NCBI GenBank assembly: GCA_965208905.1
Contig: OZ242365.1
Span: 768,001 to 832,000, forward strand
Origin: Nitrosopumilaceae archaeon
Lineage (GTDB): Archaea; Thermoproteota; Nitrososphaeria; Nitrososphaerales; Nitrosopumilaceae
Length of the DNA: 64,000 nucleotides
Reading direction: 5' to 3'
In this document: positions 31,466-42,430 of the stretch, piece after piece
Layout of the letters: each line of letters opens with the position of its first letter
Position numbering within the stretch: the stretch's first letter is position 1
Translations under genes and position numbers: made by a program
The notes under the pieces: generated by a model
Database searches by the model: none
Told to the model about the DNA's origin: nothing
Seen by the model: only the letters and a program-made list of their open reading frames with translations

Positions 31466-31774
31466 TTGGCGGTGGGGGTGTTTGGGTTTCTGTCACCGAT
31501 TGCGTTGTTTATCGTATGGAAGGACAAGAAGTTCCTCAAGCAGATGGCACTTGTCATATTCTATGTGAGTACCTTAATTATACTGGTGTATCTCTTTGGT
31601 ATGGCATACGTCAGTAGCGCAGCTGGCTATGACATGCCTAGCTGGAGGAACGTTCTACTCCCTGCAGTAATGCCCTGGATGGTGGTCATGACGTTTGGCC
31701 TCCTCATAACTGTGTACGCGCAACACGCAATCATCAAGACGGAGGAGCGTATCCGGAACGGCGCGGATACGTGA
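31466..31774 (+). CDS. Hypothetical membrane protein (5' end possibly frameshifted)
   Basis: Three hydrophobic segments; start uncertain. Confidence 0.5.
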   Translation: MAVGVFGFLSPIALFIVWKDKKFLKQMALVIFYVSTLIILVYLFGMAYVSSAAGYDMPSWRNVLLPAVMPWMVVMTFGLLITVYAQHAIIKTEERIRNGADT

Positions 31775-32016
31775 TGTCGAGACTGTAACAACTCAAGTGC
31801 CGGGCAGATGGCGGTCTCCCGCGCCCGGCACTACACACGCTTAACACCACTGTTCATCACACAACAAGTTACCAGTTCCTCCAAGCACCAAGGTCGGTTT
31901 GGCTTGATACTCATTTTGCATTTACTATGGAAACTATTGATGAATGATCATATTTGTACTACAATTAGCTGATGATGTGTTGTATTATTATTATATTGTG
32001 TATGCCTGTTTGATTC

Positions 32017-33354
32017 ATGGGTAAATTATTTGGGACAAACGGCGTCCGCGGTGTCTTTGGCGAGGACTTTACACTAGATATGGTACATGATCTCACACTG
32101 GCGATGGCAAAATACTTTGGTCGGGGTCCAATATTGGTGGGTCGTGATGGGCGCCACACAAGTGATATGGTATCCAAGGTGGTCCGCTCGACACTAAATT
32201 ATGCAGGTCTTGATACTGCTGATGCGGGCCTTGTTCCCACCCCGTGCCTTGAGTACTGCGTAAAGCATCTAAAGTATGCTGGCGGCGTAATGGTTACCGC
32301 ATCACATAATCCCCCCGAATATAACGGATTAAAACCGGTAGCATCTGATGGTGTTGAAGTATCGCGTCACGACGAGCATATCATTGAAGAGAATTATTTT
32401 AATTCCACAAATAGACAGAGTGGACCAAAGTTCGGCACTGACATCCCTGAGGATAGGACCATCTCTACTTATGTGAGTGGTATACTGAATCATCTTGATA
32501 CTGATGCCATAAGACAGAAAAACTATACAGTAGTGCTGGACATGGGCAATGGTGCACAGGCGGTCACAGCACCACTCTTATGCAAAAGTCTTAACTGCAA
32601 TATAATACCGATACACGATACAGTTCATGGTGACTTTCCTGGCAGGGGGTCTGAGCCAACACCAGAAAATCTTCAAGACTTATCGCATACTGTCAAGAGA
32701 AACAACGCAGACATTGGTGTGGCATTTGATGGAGATGGAGATCGTAGCATAATATGCGATGAGAATGGCTCCATACTGACCGGTGATAGATCTGCGCTAT
32801 TTCTACTAGATTATATTTTACAAAGACAACCAAATTCCACAGTAGTCACATGCTTGAATTCTGCTCATGCCGTTGAGACGCTAGCAGAACAATATGACTC
32901 GAATGTTATTCGTACTAGGGTGGGTAGCGTGGAGGTCTCACGTCGTATGGTTGATGTTGGCGCGCTTGTGGGATTCGAAGAGAATGGCGGTTTTATGTTT
33001 GGTGCCCATAACCAGGTTAGAGATGGCTTAATGACGTTATCTCTGGCATTGTCTGCACTGGCATCTTCAAATAACACAATATCTGCAAACATCTCTAAAC
33101 TACCTTTATCATTTACAACCAAAGAGAAGGTTCATTGCACTCCTGAAGAGTCTGCTCAAATTCTAGAAAAATTACACAATATGCATCCAGAAGCAGATCG
33201 CACAGACGGCATAAAGATAATACTAAAACCCGACACATGGATAATGGTGCGGCCTAGCGGTACAGAGCCCTTGGTTCGCATATATGCCGAGGCCCCATCA
33301 TCAACAGAGTTGAGCAGTATAATCTCAAAATATATCCATGTCATAAAAAGTTAA
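32017..33354 (+). CDS. Phosphoglucosamine mutase / phosphomannomutase
   Basis: FGTNGVRG, TASHNP, FDGDGDR, RPSGTEP. Confidence 0.92.
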   Translation: MGKLFGTNGVRGVFGEDFTLDMVHDLTLAMAKYFGRGPILVGRDGRHTSDMVSKVVRSTLNYAGLDTADAGLVPTPCLEYCVKHLKYAGGVMVTASHNPPEYNGLKPVASDGVEVSRHDEHIIEENYFNSTNRQSGPKFGTDIPEDRTISTYVSGILNHLDTDAIRQKNYTVVLDMGNGAQAVTAPLLCKSLNCNIIPIHDTVHGDFPGRGSEPTPENLQDLSHTVKRNNADIGVAFDGDGDRSIICDENGSILTGDRSALFLLDYILQRQPNSTVVTCLNSAHAVETLAEQYDSNVIRTRVGSVEVSRRMVDVGALVGFEENGGFMFGAHNQVRDGLMTLSLALSALASSNNTISANISKLPLSFTTKEKVHCTPEESAQILEKLHNMHPEADRTDGIKIILKPDTWIMVRPSGTEPLVRIYAEAPSSTELSSIISKYIHVIKS

Positions 33355-33383
33355 AATTTAGCTTATTCGCCATACAATGTATA

Positions 33384-33776
33384 ATGGGAGACGAACCAAA
33401 AGACTCCAAAGAGCCTGACAAACAAGAGGATGATACTCCTGAAGAGTTTATACGACCAGCGTATACGCCTCAGGAAATAGCTGAAATAGATAAGCGCGTC
33501 GAGCAGTTCAAAGATGAGACCCCTGATTATAACCCGCAAAATATACTGAGTCCCGAGTATAATGGCACATCAAACTACGAAGCTGGCATACTCTTGGTCC
33601 GTCAAGAGACCGAAGATCGACTGCGAGCCTTAAAACAGAATCCGAATACCAATAAGCAAGAGCTGTTTCGAGCTAATGAGGATCTAAAGACACTGGATCA
33701 TTTATATGAAAACTATAACATCGGCATGAATGTCTTTCGCACGGCGCATGGTGGCCGCGCCAAACTTCGTAAATGA
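33384..33776 (+). CDS. Hypothetical protein
   Basis: 130-aa ORF filling the intergenic gap. Confidence 0.7.
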   Translation: MGDEPKDSKEPDKQEDDTPEEFIRPAYTPQEIAEIDKRVEQFKDETPDYNPQNILSPEYNGTSNYEAGILLVRQETEDRLRALKQNPNTNKQELFRANEDLKTLDHLYENYNIGMNVFRTAHGGRAKLRK

Positions 33777-33836
33777 CTGTACTCAAATTTGGTGATAAAA
33801 AAAATCTATATATGATGCAGTATGAGAAATTGTGCA

Positions 33837-35384
33837 TTGCATGCAGATAAGATGGATGAGTTCAAGCGCAATACGGAAACTTCTCTACTAGGTGGTGGCA
33901 CAAAACGTATTGATGCGCAACACGGCAAGGGAAAACTGACTGCCCGCGAACGCATAACACTACTACTAGATGGAAATTCATTTGTTGAGGTAGACTCCAT
34001 GGTTACCCACCATTACCATGAGTTTGACATGCAGAAACGCCTCCACTATAACGATGGTGTGGTTGGGGGATATGGAACAATCAATAATAGACAAGTCTTT
34101 GTCTTTGCATATGACTTTACAGTATTGGGCGGAACATTAAGCCAGATGGGTGCCAAAAAAATCACTAAATTAATGGATCATGCAATTAGAACCGGATGCC
34201 CCATTATTGGAATAATGGACTCGGGAGGAGCACGAATACAGGAAGGCATAATGAGTCTGGATGGCTTTGCAGATATATTCTATCACAATCAGACGGCATC
34301 TGGTGTCATTCCTCAGATAACTGCCAGTATAGGTCCATCTGCTGGAGGCTCAGTATACTCTCCGGCGATGACCGACTTTATAGTGATGGTTGAAAAAGTT
34401 GGCTCGATGTTTGTTACAGGTCCTGATGTGGTAAAGACGGTACTTGGCGAGGAGATAAGCTTTGATGAGTTGGGCGGTGCCATGGCGCACGGTACAAAGA
34501 GTGGAGTTGCCCACTTTGTTGCCCAGAACGAGTATGAATGCTTTGACTGTATACGGGATTTACTCTCGTATATGCCCCAGAACAACTCTCAGATACCACC
34601 TTCCATATCTGTAAGTGATGATCCCAACAGGACCAATCCGGATATGCTCTCTTTGATACCTGCAAACCCCTTACAGCCATACGATATGAAGGATATAATA
34701 AACGGAGTTGTTGATGATGGAAAGTTCTTTGAGGTGCACAAGCTCTTTGCACAGAATATCGTCGTTGGATTTGCACGGTTGAACGGTATGGCCATAGGGG
34801 TTGTGGCCAACCAGCCAATGTATCTGGCTGGAGCATTGGATATTGACTCATCAAACAAGGCGGCTAGATTCATTAGATTCTGTGACTCGTTCAATATACC
34901 GATTGTGACATTTGTGGATACGCCTGGCTATATGCCCGGTTCAGATCAGGAACACAACGGTATAATCCGTCATGGCAGTAAACTGTTGTACGCATACTGT
35001 GAAGCTACAGTTCCAAAGATAACTCTGGTAATTGGAAAGGCGTATGGTGGTGCCTATATAGCCATGGGCAGTAAGAATCTGCGCACGGATGTGAATTATG
35101 CTTGGCCTACTGCCCGTTGCGCAGTCTTGGGCGCTGAGGCTGCAGTCAAAATCATGAATCGCAAAGACATACAGAACGCCGAAGATCCAGCAAGATTACT
35201 ACAGGAACTCAAAGATAACTTTGAAGAGAAGTTTGACAACCCATATGTGGCCGCATCTCACGGGACTGTTGATGCGGTAATAGACCCGGCGCAGACACGA
35301 CCCATGCTGATAAAGGCACTTACAATGCTATCTAACAAGCGTGATAAGCAATTACCACGAAAACACGGGAACATAAATCTGTGA
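33837..35384 (+). CDS. Acetyl/propionyl-CoA carboxylase carboxyltransferase subunit
   Basis: GKLTARERI, DSGGARIQEG, GKAYGGAY, RKHGNINL. Confidence 0.95.
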   Translation: MHADKMDEFKRNTETSLLGGGTKRIDAQHGKGKLTARERITLLLDGNSFVEVDSMVTHHYHEFDMQKRLHYNDGVVGGYGTINNRQVFVFAYDFTVLGGTLSQMGAKKITKLMDHAIRTGCPIIGIMDSGGARIQEGIMSLDGFADIFYHNQTASGVIPQITASIGPSAGGSVYSPAMTDFIVMVEKVGSMFVTGPDVVKTVLGEEISFDELGGAMAHGTKSGVAHFVAQNEYECFDCIRDLLSYMPQNNSQIPPSISVSDDPNRTNPDMLSLIPANPLQPYDMKDIINGVVDDGKFFEVHKLFAQNIVVGFARLNGMAIGVVANQPMYLAGALDIDSSNKAARFIRFCDSFNIPIVTFVDTPGYMPGSDQEHNGIIRHGSKLLYAYCEATVPKITLVIGKAYGGAYIAMGSKNLRTDVNYAWPTARCAVLGAEAAVKIMNRKDIQNAEDPARLLQELKDNFEEKFDNPYVAASHGTVDAVIDPAQTRPMLIKALTMLSNKRDKQLPRKHGNINL

Positions 35385-35390
35385 TTTGAC

Positions 35391-36866
35391 ATGATAGAGA
35401 AGATTCTGGTGGCAAACCGGGGCGAAATCGCACTTCGAGTTATGCGTACCTGCAAGGCATTAGGAATAAAGTCTGTAGCGGTCTTCTCGGATGAGGATAG
35501 AGACTCACTCCATGTCAAAAAGGCAGACGAATCATATCATATAGGTGAGGCGGCCCCGGCACGTTCATACCTGAACCAAAACAGAATACTTGGCGCAATA
35601 AAAAAGTCGGGTGCCGATGCAGTACATCCCGGATATGGATTTCTGTCTGAGAATGATGAGTTTGCTACCCTGTGTGAGAGGAATAATGTCAACTTTATAG
35701 GCCCAACTGCAACATCAATGAACCTCTGTGGTGACAAGATGCGTTGCAAGGCTGCAATGCTGGATGCTGGAGTTCCCACAGTACCTGGCAGCCCGGGTCT
35801 TGTAAAGGATGCTGATGAAGCCGCAGATATTGCTGCCGAGATAGGCTATCCTGTACTGTTAAAGTCAGTATATGGTGGTGGTGGCCGGGGTATACGGTTG
35901 GTGAATAGCGATTCAGAACTCCGTAATGCCTTTGAGTCTGTAACCGGCGAGTCCATAGCTGCTGTGGGCAAGTCTGCAATTTTAGTGGAAAAATTTCTCC
36001 AAAAGACTCGACACATAGAGTATCAGATGGCCAGAGATGATGGCGGTAACGGCGTACATCTCTTTGAGCGAGAGTGCTCCATACAGCGACGTAACCAAAA
36101 ACTCATAGAACAGACACCCTCACCAGTGGTGGACTCTGAGACTCGCAAAATCGTGGGTGAGTTGGTGGTCAAGGCCTCTGAAGCAGTTGGATACACCAAT
36201 TTGGGAACTGCCGAGTTTCTTAGGGCGGACACTGGCGAGTTCTACTTTATAGAGATAAATGCGCGCCTTCAGGTGGAGCATCCCATAACTGAGATGGTAT
36301 CGGGTCTGGACTTGGTGAAACTTCAGATAGATATTGCCAATGGCGAACCCTTACCATTTGCGCAAGATGATCTACACATGAACGGCTATGCCATAGAGTG
36401 TCGTATAAACGCCGAAGATACATTTTTGGACTTTGCACCATCCACTGGTGCGGTACCTCGAGTGGTCCTGCCTCATGGCCCTGGTGTGCGTTGCGATACC
36501 TATCTTTATCCTGGCTGTACAGTATCACCGTTCTATGACTCTCTGATGGCAAAACTGTGCACATGGGGTGAGACGTTCGAACAATCTCGCACTCGTATGT
36601 TGGTGGCACTTGATGACTTTTACATAAGCGGTGTCCAAACGTCTATACCGCTTTACAAGTCAATTTTGAATACACCAGAATATATGGATGGTGCACTCAG
36701 TACTGACTTTTTAAAACGATATGATATTATAAATCGGCATCGGCAAGACCTAAAACGCGAGAACCAAGAGCTGGCCATCCCTGCATTGGCAGCGGCAGCA
36801 CTAAAGGGAAGACATCATGCAAGTACCATAAAACCTACAAAATCACCAGGCTGGGGGAGTCTATAA
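35391..36866 (+). CDS. accC: Biotin carboxylase
   Basis: ANRGEIA, HPGYGFLSEN, ERECSIQRRNQK, RLQVEHP. Confidence 0.95.
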   Translation: MIEKILVANRGEIALRVMRTCKALGIKSVAVFSDEDRDSLHVKKADESYHIGEAAPARSYLNQNRILGAIKKSGADAVHPGYGFLSENDEFATLCERNNVNFIGPTATSMNLCGDKMRCKAAMLDAGVPTVPGSPGLVKDADEAADIAAEIGYPVLLKSVYGGGGRGIRLVNSDSELRNAFESVTGESIAAVGKSAILVEKFLQKTRHIEYQMARDDGGNGVHLFERECSIQRRNQKLIEQTPSPVVDSETRKIVGELVVKASEAVGYTNLGTAEFLRADTGEFYFIEINARLQVEHPITEMVSGLDLVKLQIDIANGEPLPFAQDDLHMNGYAIECRINAEDTFLDFAPSTGAVPRVVLPHGPGVRCDTYLYPGCTVSPFYDSLMAKLCTWGETFEQSRTRMLVALDDFYISGVQTSIPLYKSILNTPEYMDGALSTDFLKRYDIINRHRQDLKRENQELAIPALAAAALKGRHHASTIKPTKSPGWGSL

Positions 36867-36867
36867 G

Positions 36868-37359
36868 ATGGACTATATGATAGATGATGTAAAGCATTCT
36901 GTTGTATCTGTTGATCATAATACATTAATGATAGATAATACCACGTATGATATCAGTATAATATCGATTAACCCAGATGGGATTGAGTTTCTCTTGGATA
37001 AGCAATACTTTCAGGTGATTTATGCAGAAGAGTCCCGGGGTCAGATGGTTGTTCATGTGAACGGTTCTCCTGTAACACTCAAACTGCACACGGGTCTTGA
37101 TGATATTGTGTACATGAATTCGGGCGGAGCCAGTGCTGCCATGACCAACTCTGCTCTACAAAGCCAGATACCTGGCAAAGTGGTATCCATTGCTGTTGCG
37201 GTAAATGATGAGGTATCGGAGGGTGACACCATCTGCGTTCTGGAATCTATGAAGATGCAGGTATCTGTAAAAGCGCACACATCCGGTAGTGTCAAATCTA
37301 TACGGGTAAAGGTTGGCTCAAGCGTCGCCAAGGGCGATATGATAGCGGAAATAGAATAA
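36868..37359 (+). CDS. accB: Biotin carboxyl carrier protein
   Basis: ESMKM biotinylation motif. Confidence 0.93.
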   Translation: MDYMIDDVKHSVVSVDHNTLMIDNTTYDISIISINPDGIEFLLDKQYFQVIYAEESRGQMVVHVNGSPVTLKLHTGLDDIVYMNSGGASAAMTNSALQSQIPGKVVSIAVAVNDEVSEGDTICVLESMKMQVSVKAHTSGSVKSIRVKVGSSVAKGDMIAEIE

Positions 37360-37364
37360 AAAAA

Positions 37365-37832
37365 CTACTTTTGAAGATGTGATGTAATCTCATTGTAATT
37401 GGGCTCTTTTAGTGGACTATCTGAGACCCATCTGTATGTGACTGTACCTTCTTCATCTACGATAAAGACGCTGCGTTTTGCTGCGTTATACCCTTTCACA
37501 TGTAACAAGTCTGGCATCAATATGTCATAATCTCGTATGGTCTTACTGGTATAGTCTCCTAGTACCGGAAATGTCAACTTGTGCTCTGCTGCAAATGCTT
37601 TGTTGGCAAATGGGCCATCATTACTTATGCCGATTACTTGCGCATTCATATTTGATAACTCATCCCATGAGTCGCGGAACGTGCACATCTCTTTCTCACA
37701 TACTGGCGAGCTGGCAGCCACAAAGAAGGCTAAAACTACCTTTTTTCCTCGGAACTCTTGTAGTGTTCGCATCTTTAGTTCTGTATCCACCAGCTCAAAG
37801 TCTGGCGCCTTATCTCCTACGTTTAGTGTCAT
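37365..37832 (-). CDS. Peroxiredoxin (BCP/PrxQ-type)
   Basis: GDKAPDF, PVCEKEMC, KRSVFIVD. Confidence 0.9.
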   Translation of the reverse strand: MTLNVGDKAPDFELVDTELKMRTLQEFRGKKVVLAFFVAASSPVCEKEMCTFRDSWDELSNMNAQVIGISNDGPFANKAFAAEHKLTFPVLGDYTSKTIRDYDILMPDLLHVKGYNAAKRSVFIVDEEGTVTYRWVSDSPLKEPNYNEITSHLQK

Positions 37833-39202
37833 TGTGTTGCATGTTGCGTTACATATTATGAAGCTTGGCTCCATCGGTTCCTACTGCAAGCACGGGGGTT
37901 CCCGCACCTACAATTACACATCATGCCAGAGGACGACAATGCATGAAGCATCTCGTTCCCCGGTCCGTGCTTGACGCTTCCCAGGGGAGCTAACGCAAGA
38001 ACCCTCCACGTCCAGACACCTCTTGTACAATGGGTGCTGCCGGTGTAGTCCGGCAAATTTCGTAACTTTAGTTGGTCATGTATGGCCCCCCGGCCAAGTT
38101 TCTTCAGCCCCATATCTTCTATGTTTGAGCCCGCATTGCAGTCGGCATGATATGTGTAGCCACACTTCCTGCACAAGAACTTTCTGCCATCCCGGTTGTC
38201 CTCATGCATATAGCCGCACGAGCAGCACCGCTGACTTGTATATGCTGCCGCAACCCAAACTATCTCGCCAGCCAACTTGTACTCCAATAGAGCAGCGAGC
38301 AGCCTCCAACACTGCTCCAGAATGGCCTTGTTCAGCCCAGACTTCTGCGCAACGTTTTTGCCGGGTTCTTCTTCCGTGCCTTTGGCGGACTGTACCATGT
38401 TTTGTATGGGAAGTTTCTCAAGGGCTGCATGTGTGGCGCTGTTAGATATAATGCGTGATATCTTATGCGTGATGGTCTTTCGCATGTTTGCCACCTTGCG
38501 TTTGTTCTTGGCGGCACGTTTGGCGGCTTTCGCCCACCGTCGGGAGCCGGGCTTGCGATTCGTATGCTCCGGCTTCTGCCTGTATGATGCTATCTTTTGC
38601 GCCTTTGAGGCCGTCTTCTCGGCGTTGTTCATGCGGCGTGCCACCTTTTCAGGTATAATTATTACCCAGTCAGGTGTGGTCACATTACCGACATTCCGGT
38701 CTATGCCAATAATAGTCGGTTCCGTCACAACTGGCTCCTCATCAGGTATATTACAAGATATGGTAATTCTCCACCCGCCATCCGGTAGTTGAAACCGTTG
38801 TGCAGTCTTGTATCGGTAATTCAAGACGGGAAACTCCCGCGACAATTTAATCTCGCCCATCTTGGCTATCCTGATTGTACGTGTATCAGTGAAGTGCGCC
38901 TGACCAGTAGTGTTATCATGCGTTATCGTCAACGGGATGGAGATATGACTTCCATGTTTCTTAAAGTGCGGCTCACCAAACTCTACCTTAGGTTCGAGGC
39001 CAGCAGCCTTCAACCTCTCTGTCTCCACATATTGGTCATAATGCCTGCCCAGATCATATAATATTTGGCGCGTCACCCCGGATATGGACTGACTCATCCA
39101 ACGCGGACCCGAACGGTTGCGCAAGTCCGTATATCAGGCGTTTATTCTACCGCGCGTAGTGTTGACCCTCCCAACTCGACGGTACTCTTCCTTGAAGATT
39201 TC

Positions 39203-40246
39203 TGTATTATGTCGAAATTATTTCGCCTAGTCATCGGTGTCCCTCTCCATCCATTCTAAGTCACTCTTCCTGACATCATCTGGTACTTTTTTGTTGTGAA
39301 ATGCCTGTAGCGGGGTCTCGCCATTGTTTATGTCTAAAGACCAGTGCAGTCGCACCTCGTTGTAGTACGCGACAAACTCCGCTAGGCTGCCAAAATGACA
39401 TAGTTCTTCTTCCAAGGTGCGGTGGAACCGTTCAAGCTTGCCGTTTGTTTGTGGGTGGTAGGGGCGGGTGTTGATCAACTCAATACCCCGGTCAAGCAGC
39501 TCTGCCTCAAATATAGTGGGGGTCCATGATTTTGCAGGAATCTTTCTTCTCACACCCACAAAGCACGATCCGTTGTCGGAGAGTATGGTGGCCGGGGTTC
39601 CAAACTCAACAATGCTATTTTGCAGGACTGTTACCGCGTTCTCGGATGTGGCCCCCTTGAATATCATGGCTCCAACCACACATCTTGACGCATCATCAAG
39701 ATATGTGATTAATTGGTAGCCTTGAAAACGTGGATCTTTCATCGCATGCCAGTCCGTATGCCACATCGCATTGGAGTATCTGCGCTCATAGCGTATCCAT
39801 TTACGCCTGCGCGATTTTGCTGCAGATAGAGTGACCATATTGTTTTCTTTCATGATTGTGTATACCGTTTTTTCACTTATTTGTATGCCCTTGTGATTTA
39901 AGTACTTGGTGATCCTTGTGACGCCTGCTGGCATTATACGATGTGCTGCTAGTACGACGTTGGTTTGCTCCTCGGTGGGAGGAATCTTGGGTCTGCCTGG
40001 CATTTGTAGTGTGGGAATCTTGCCCGTTGCACGATACATTGCCCAGAGTTGTTGTACGCGTCTCTGGCTAATCTTCATCTCTGTAGCAATGTGTGATGTA
40101 CTACTACCTTTCCTGCATTGTCGAATGATATAATCTATCTGCTTCTGTGTCAGATTGACTCTCATGGGTTTGCGTGATCTATATAGACTAAAATATTCTT
40201 TGGTTGGCAGTCTAAAGTTAGGGCGAACTAATTTCCGCACAATAGA
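39203..40246 (-). mobile_element. IS481-family insertion sequence (1044 bp) with 15-bp TSD
   Basis: TIRs TGTATTATGTCGAAATTATTTCG / TCTATTGTGCGGAAATTAGTTCG; TTCCTTGAAGATTTC duplicated at 39188-39202 and 40247-40261. Confidence 0.92.
39227..40165 (-). CDS. IS481-family transposase (rve integrase core)
   Basis: WHTDW, LDDASR, SDNGSCF, PQTNGKLERFHRT. Confidence 0.9.
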   Translation of the reverse strand: MRVNLTQKQIDYIIRQCRKGSSTSHIATEMKISQRRVQQLWAMYRATGKIPTLQMPGRPKIPPTEEQTNVVLAAHRIMPAGVTRITKYLNHKGIQISEKTVYTIMKENNMVTLSAAKSRRRKWIRYERRYSNAMWHTDWHAMKDPRFQGYQLITYLDDASRCVVGAMIFKGATSENAVTVLQNSIVEFGTPATILSDNGSCFVGVRRKIPAKSWTPTIFEAELLDRGIELINTRPYHPQTNGKLERFHRTLEEELCHFGSLAEFVAYYNEVRLHWSLDINNGETPLQAFHNKKVPDDVRKSDLEWMERDTDD

Positions 40247-40560
40247 TTCCTTGAAGATTTCCAATAGTTTGTTATACCCATACCTATCCAAGCCGGCCTG
40301 TCCAGCCAACATCCCCTCCTTGAACCCCTTACGGAATCTAACTCTAAATGTATATGTGCGTAACGCCATTAATGTATAGTACGGTCCACACACTTAAAAA
40401 GATAATTGATTATACAGAACCCGACTTTGCGGGAGGAACCAGTTCACGTAATAATAGCGAGGTTAGTATACGTAGGAATACAGTCAGACAAGATTATGGA
40501 CAGTTTGCCTGATGAATTCGAAGGCATGTCGCCAAAACATCACACCTCAAGTCTGGACTC

Positions 40561-40935
40561 TTAGGCTACCTGTTCTACTTGCCAGTCATCGTTTACCCAT
40601 ATGCCGATAACCTCTTTGCCTGACATGTTCTCCCACGATTTTACGACTGATACGGCTTTTTTAATGTCTTGTATGTGTTGCTCATCACTGACAGGATGAC
40701 CAGCACAGTCATAATGCCCAGATATCACTATTGTAGATGAGCCATGGGCATTTACAGATATGGCTACCATATGTTTGATCAGCTCTATGTGTGGCCCACC
40801 TTTCCCTACAAGTACACCGTCCACCCCAGGCTGTGTTACGACATCCACATGTTGCACATTGAACTTTTCTGTGATCCATTTGCGAATAGGCTCTTGTATG
40901 CGCCCATCCATGCAAGATATCGATGTACCAAACAT
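40561..40935 (-). CDS. Putative beta-class carbonic anhydrase
   Basis: SCMDGR...GHYDCAG Zn-ligand pattern. Confidence 0.8.
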   Translation of the reverse strand: MFGTSISCMDGRIQEPIRKWITEKFNVQHVDVVTQPGVDGVLVGKGGPHIELIKHMVAISVNAHGSSTIVISGHYDCAGHPVSDEQHIQDIKKAVSVVKSWENMSGKEVIGIWVNDDWQVEQVA

Positions 40936-41034
40936 CTATTTGGCACTTTTTGTACGGTTTATTTAATGTTGTAGTTTTTACAACTTTGTTATTAGACGAT
41001 ATAGCCGCATAACTTTTTATAGCAAATTTCAAAT

Positions 41035-41421
41035 TTGAGATCTAGATTGGTAGGAGAACTGGCAGGAAACTATGGCAACATACTATTGATGTTTGGTTTT
41101 GCAGTGGTTGCTGTTGGTCCTGCATTGATAATATCCAGAATGATATCTCCCCGTAAACGTAGCAATCCAGTCAAGTTTCTACCCATGGAGTGTGGACAGG
41201 TACCCAAGGGCGAAGGCCGTACCCACTTTATGATGCAATACTATGCATATATACTGATGTTCGTTGTATTTGATGTAATGGCGATATTCCTGTACGCTTG
41301 GGGCGGTTCCATACTGATGTTGCCTAAATCTGCCACACTACCACTGATTGCATTTTTGGGTATAATGTTTGCCGCCATGGCGTTTGCATTATATCAGTCT
41401 CAAAGGAGGAATATATGGTAA
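41035..41421 (+). CDS. nuoA: NADH-quinone oxidoreductase subunit A
   Basis: PMECG, FVVFDV; operon order. Confidence 0.92.
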   Translation: MRSRLVGELAGNYGNILLMFGFAVVAVGPALIISRMISPRKRSNPVKFLPMECGQVPKGEGRTHFMMQYYAYILMFVVFDVMAIFLYAWGGSILMLPKSATLPLIAFLGIMFAAMAFALYQSQRRNIW

Positions 41422-41945
41422 TGATTCGAGAGTTGTTGACACCACATAATGCTAATGTATTTGTTGGTAAGTTGGGAGATCTTTTAGAGAAGGCAATTGA
41501 TCAGCCTCTGGGCTACGCAATAAACTGGGGCCGCATATGGTCATTATGGCCCGTCCATATAGAGACGGCCTGCTGTAGTGTAGAGTTTGGCGCCGCATCA
41601 AGTCCTAGATATGATGTTGAACGATTCGGTATAATAGAGGCATTTGGGTCACTGCGTCAGTGTGATCTGATAGTAGTACAAGGTACAATAACCCGCAAGA
41701 TGGCGCCCCGGCTCAGACTAGTATATGATCAGATGCCCGAACCAAAGTACGTCATAGCCATGGGTGCTTGCGCAATCACAGGCGGATTATACTTTGACTC
41801 TTATAACGTCCTACCGGGAATAGATGGCGTCCTACCTGTGGATATCTACGTACCCGGATGCCCACCAAGACCCGAGACACTAATACAAGGATGTATGTTA
41901 CTACAGGAGAAGATGAAGCGAATGAAGGCGAGGAAGTACGTCTAA
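41415..41945 (+). CDS. nuoB: NADH-quinone oxidoreductase subunit B
   Basis: TACCSVE, MGACA, PGCPPRPE. Confidence 0.95.
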   Translation: MVMIRELLTPHNANVFVGKLGDLLEKAIDQPLGYAINWGRIWSLWPVHIETACCSVEFGAASSPRYDVERFGIIEAFGSLRQCDLIVVQGTITRKMAPRLRLVYDQMPEPKYVIAMGACAITGGLYFDSYNVLPGIDGVLPVDIYVPGCPPRPETLIQGCMLLQEKMKRMKARKYV

Positions 41946-42430
41946 TGAGCACTCCTGTGCCTACAGCCCAACCGTTCTTGGAGAAGTTTCCAGACGCGAC
42001 CATAATATCTGATGATGTGGACCGCCCTGCAATCTTAGTTCCAAAGGAGCATATAATAGACGCTGCAACACTTGCCAAAGAGATGGGCTTTGATCATGCC
42101 GAGTCTGTATCGGGTGTGGACTTCCCAAACGATAATCAGATAGAGGTCGTATATCATCTAGGCTCGTATACAAACGAGAACCTGACAAAGTGTGTTCTGG
42201 CACTGGCCACACGAGCTCCCCGGGAAGATGACCCTAGGCCCGGCCAAGACTCTACACGACTACCCACACTGCGGGAGGTATTCTATTCAGTTGAGTTTCA
42301 TGAGCGTGAGATATTTGAGATGTTTGGCGTATACTTTGAAGGCCATCCGGACAACCGTCGCCTTCTACTCCCCGAAGACTGGGCAGACTTGCCTCCCATG
42401 CGTAAAGACTTTGCTATAAAGGGTCGCTGA
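41945..42430 (+). CDS. nuoC: NADH-quinone oxidoreductase subunit C
   Basis: EREIFEMFGVYFEGHP...PMRKDF. Confidence 0.93.
   Translation: MSTPVPTAQPFLEKFPDATIISDDVDRPAILVPKEHIIDAATLAKEMGFDHAESVSGVDFPNDNQIEVVYHLGSYTNENLTKCVLALATRAPREDDPRPGQDSTRLPTLREVFYSVEFHEREIFEMFGVYFEGHPDNRRLLLPEDWADLPPMRKDFAIKGR

Larger units (their letters stand above)
37856..40369 (-). pseudogene. tnpB: Second TnpB, interrupted by IS481 and an in-frame TGA (39134-39136)
   Basis: N-terminus MALRTYTFRV...YNKLLEIFKE (40369-40247) continues as EYRR...INA*YTDLRN below 39188. Motifs [20 protein letters not shown]...[15 protein letters not shown]. Confidence 0.88.
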
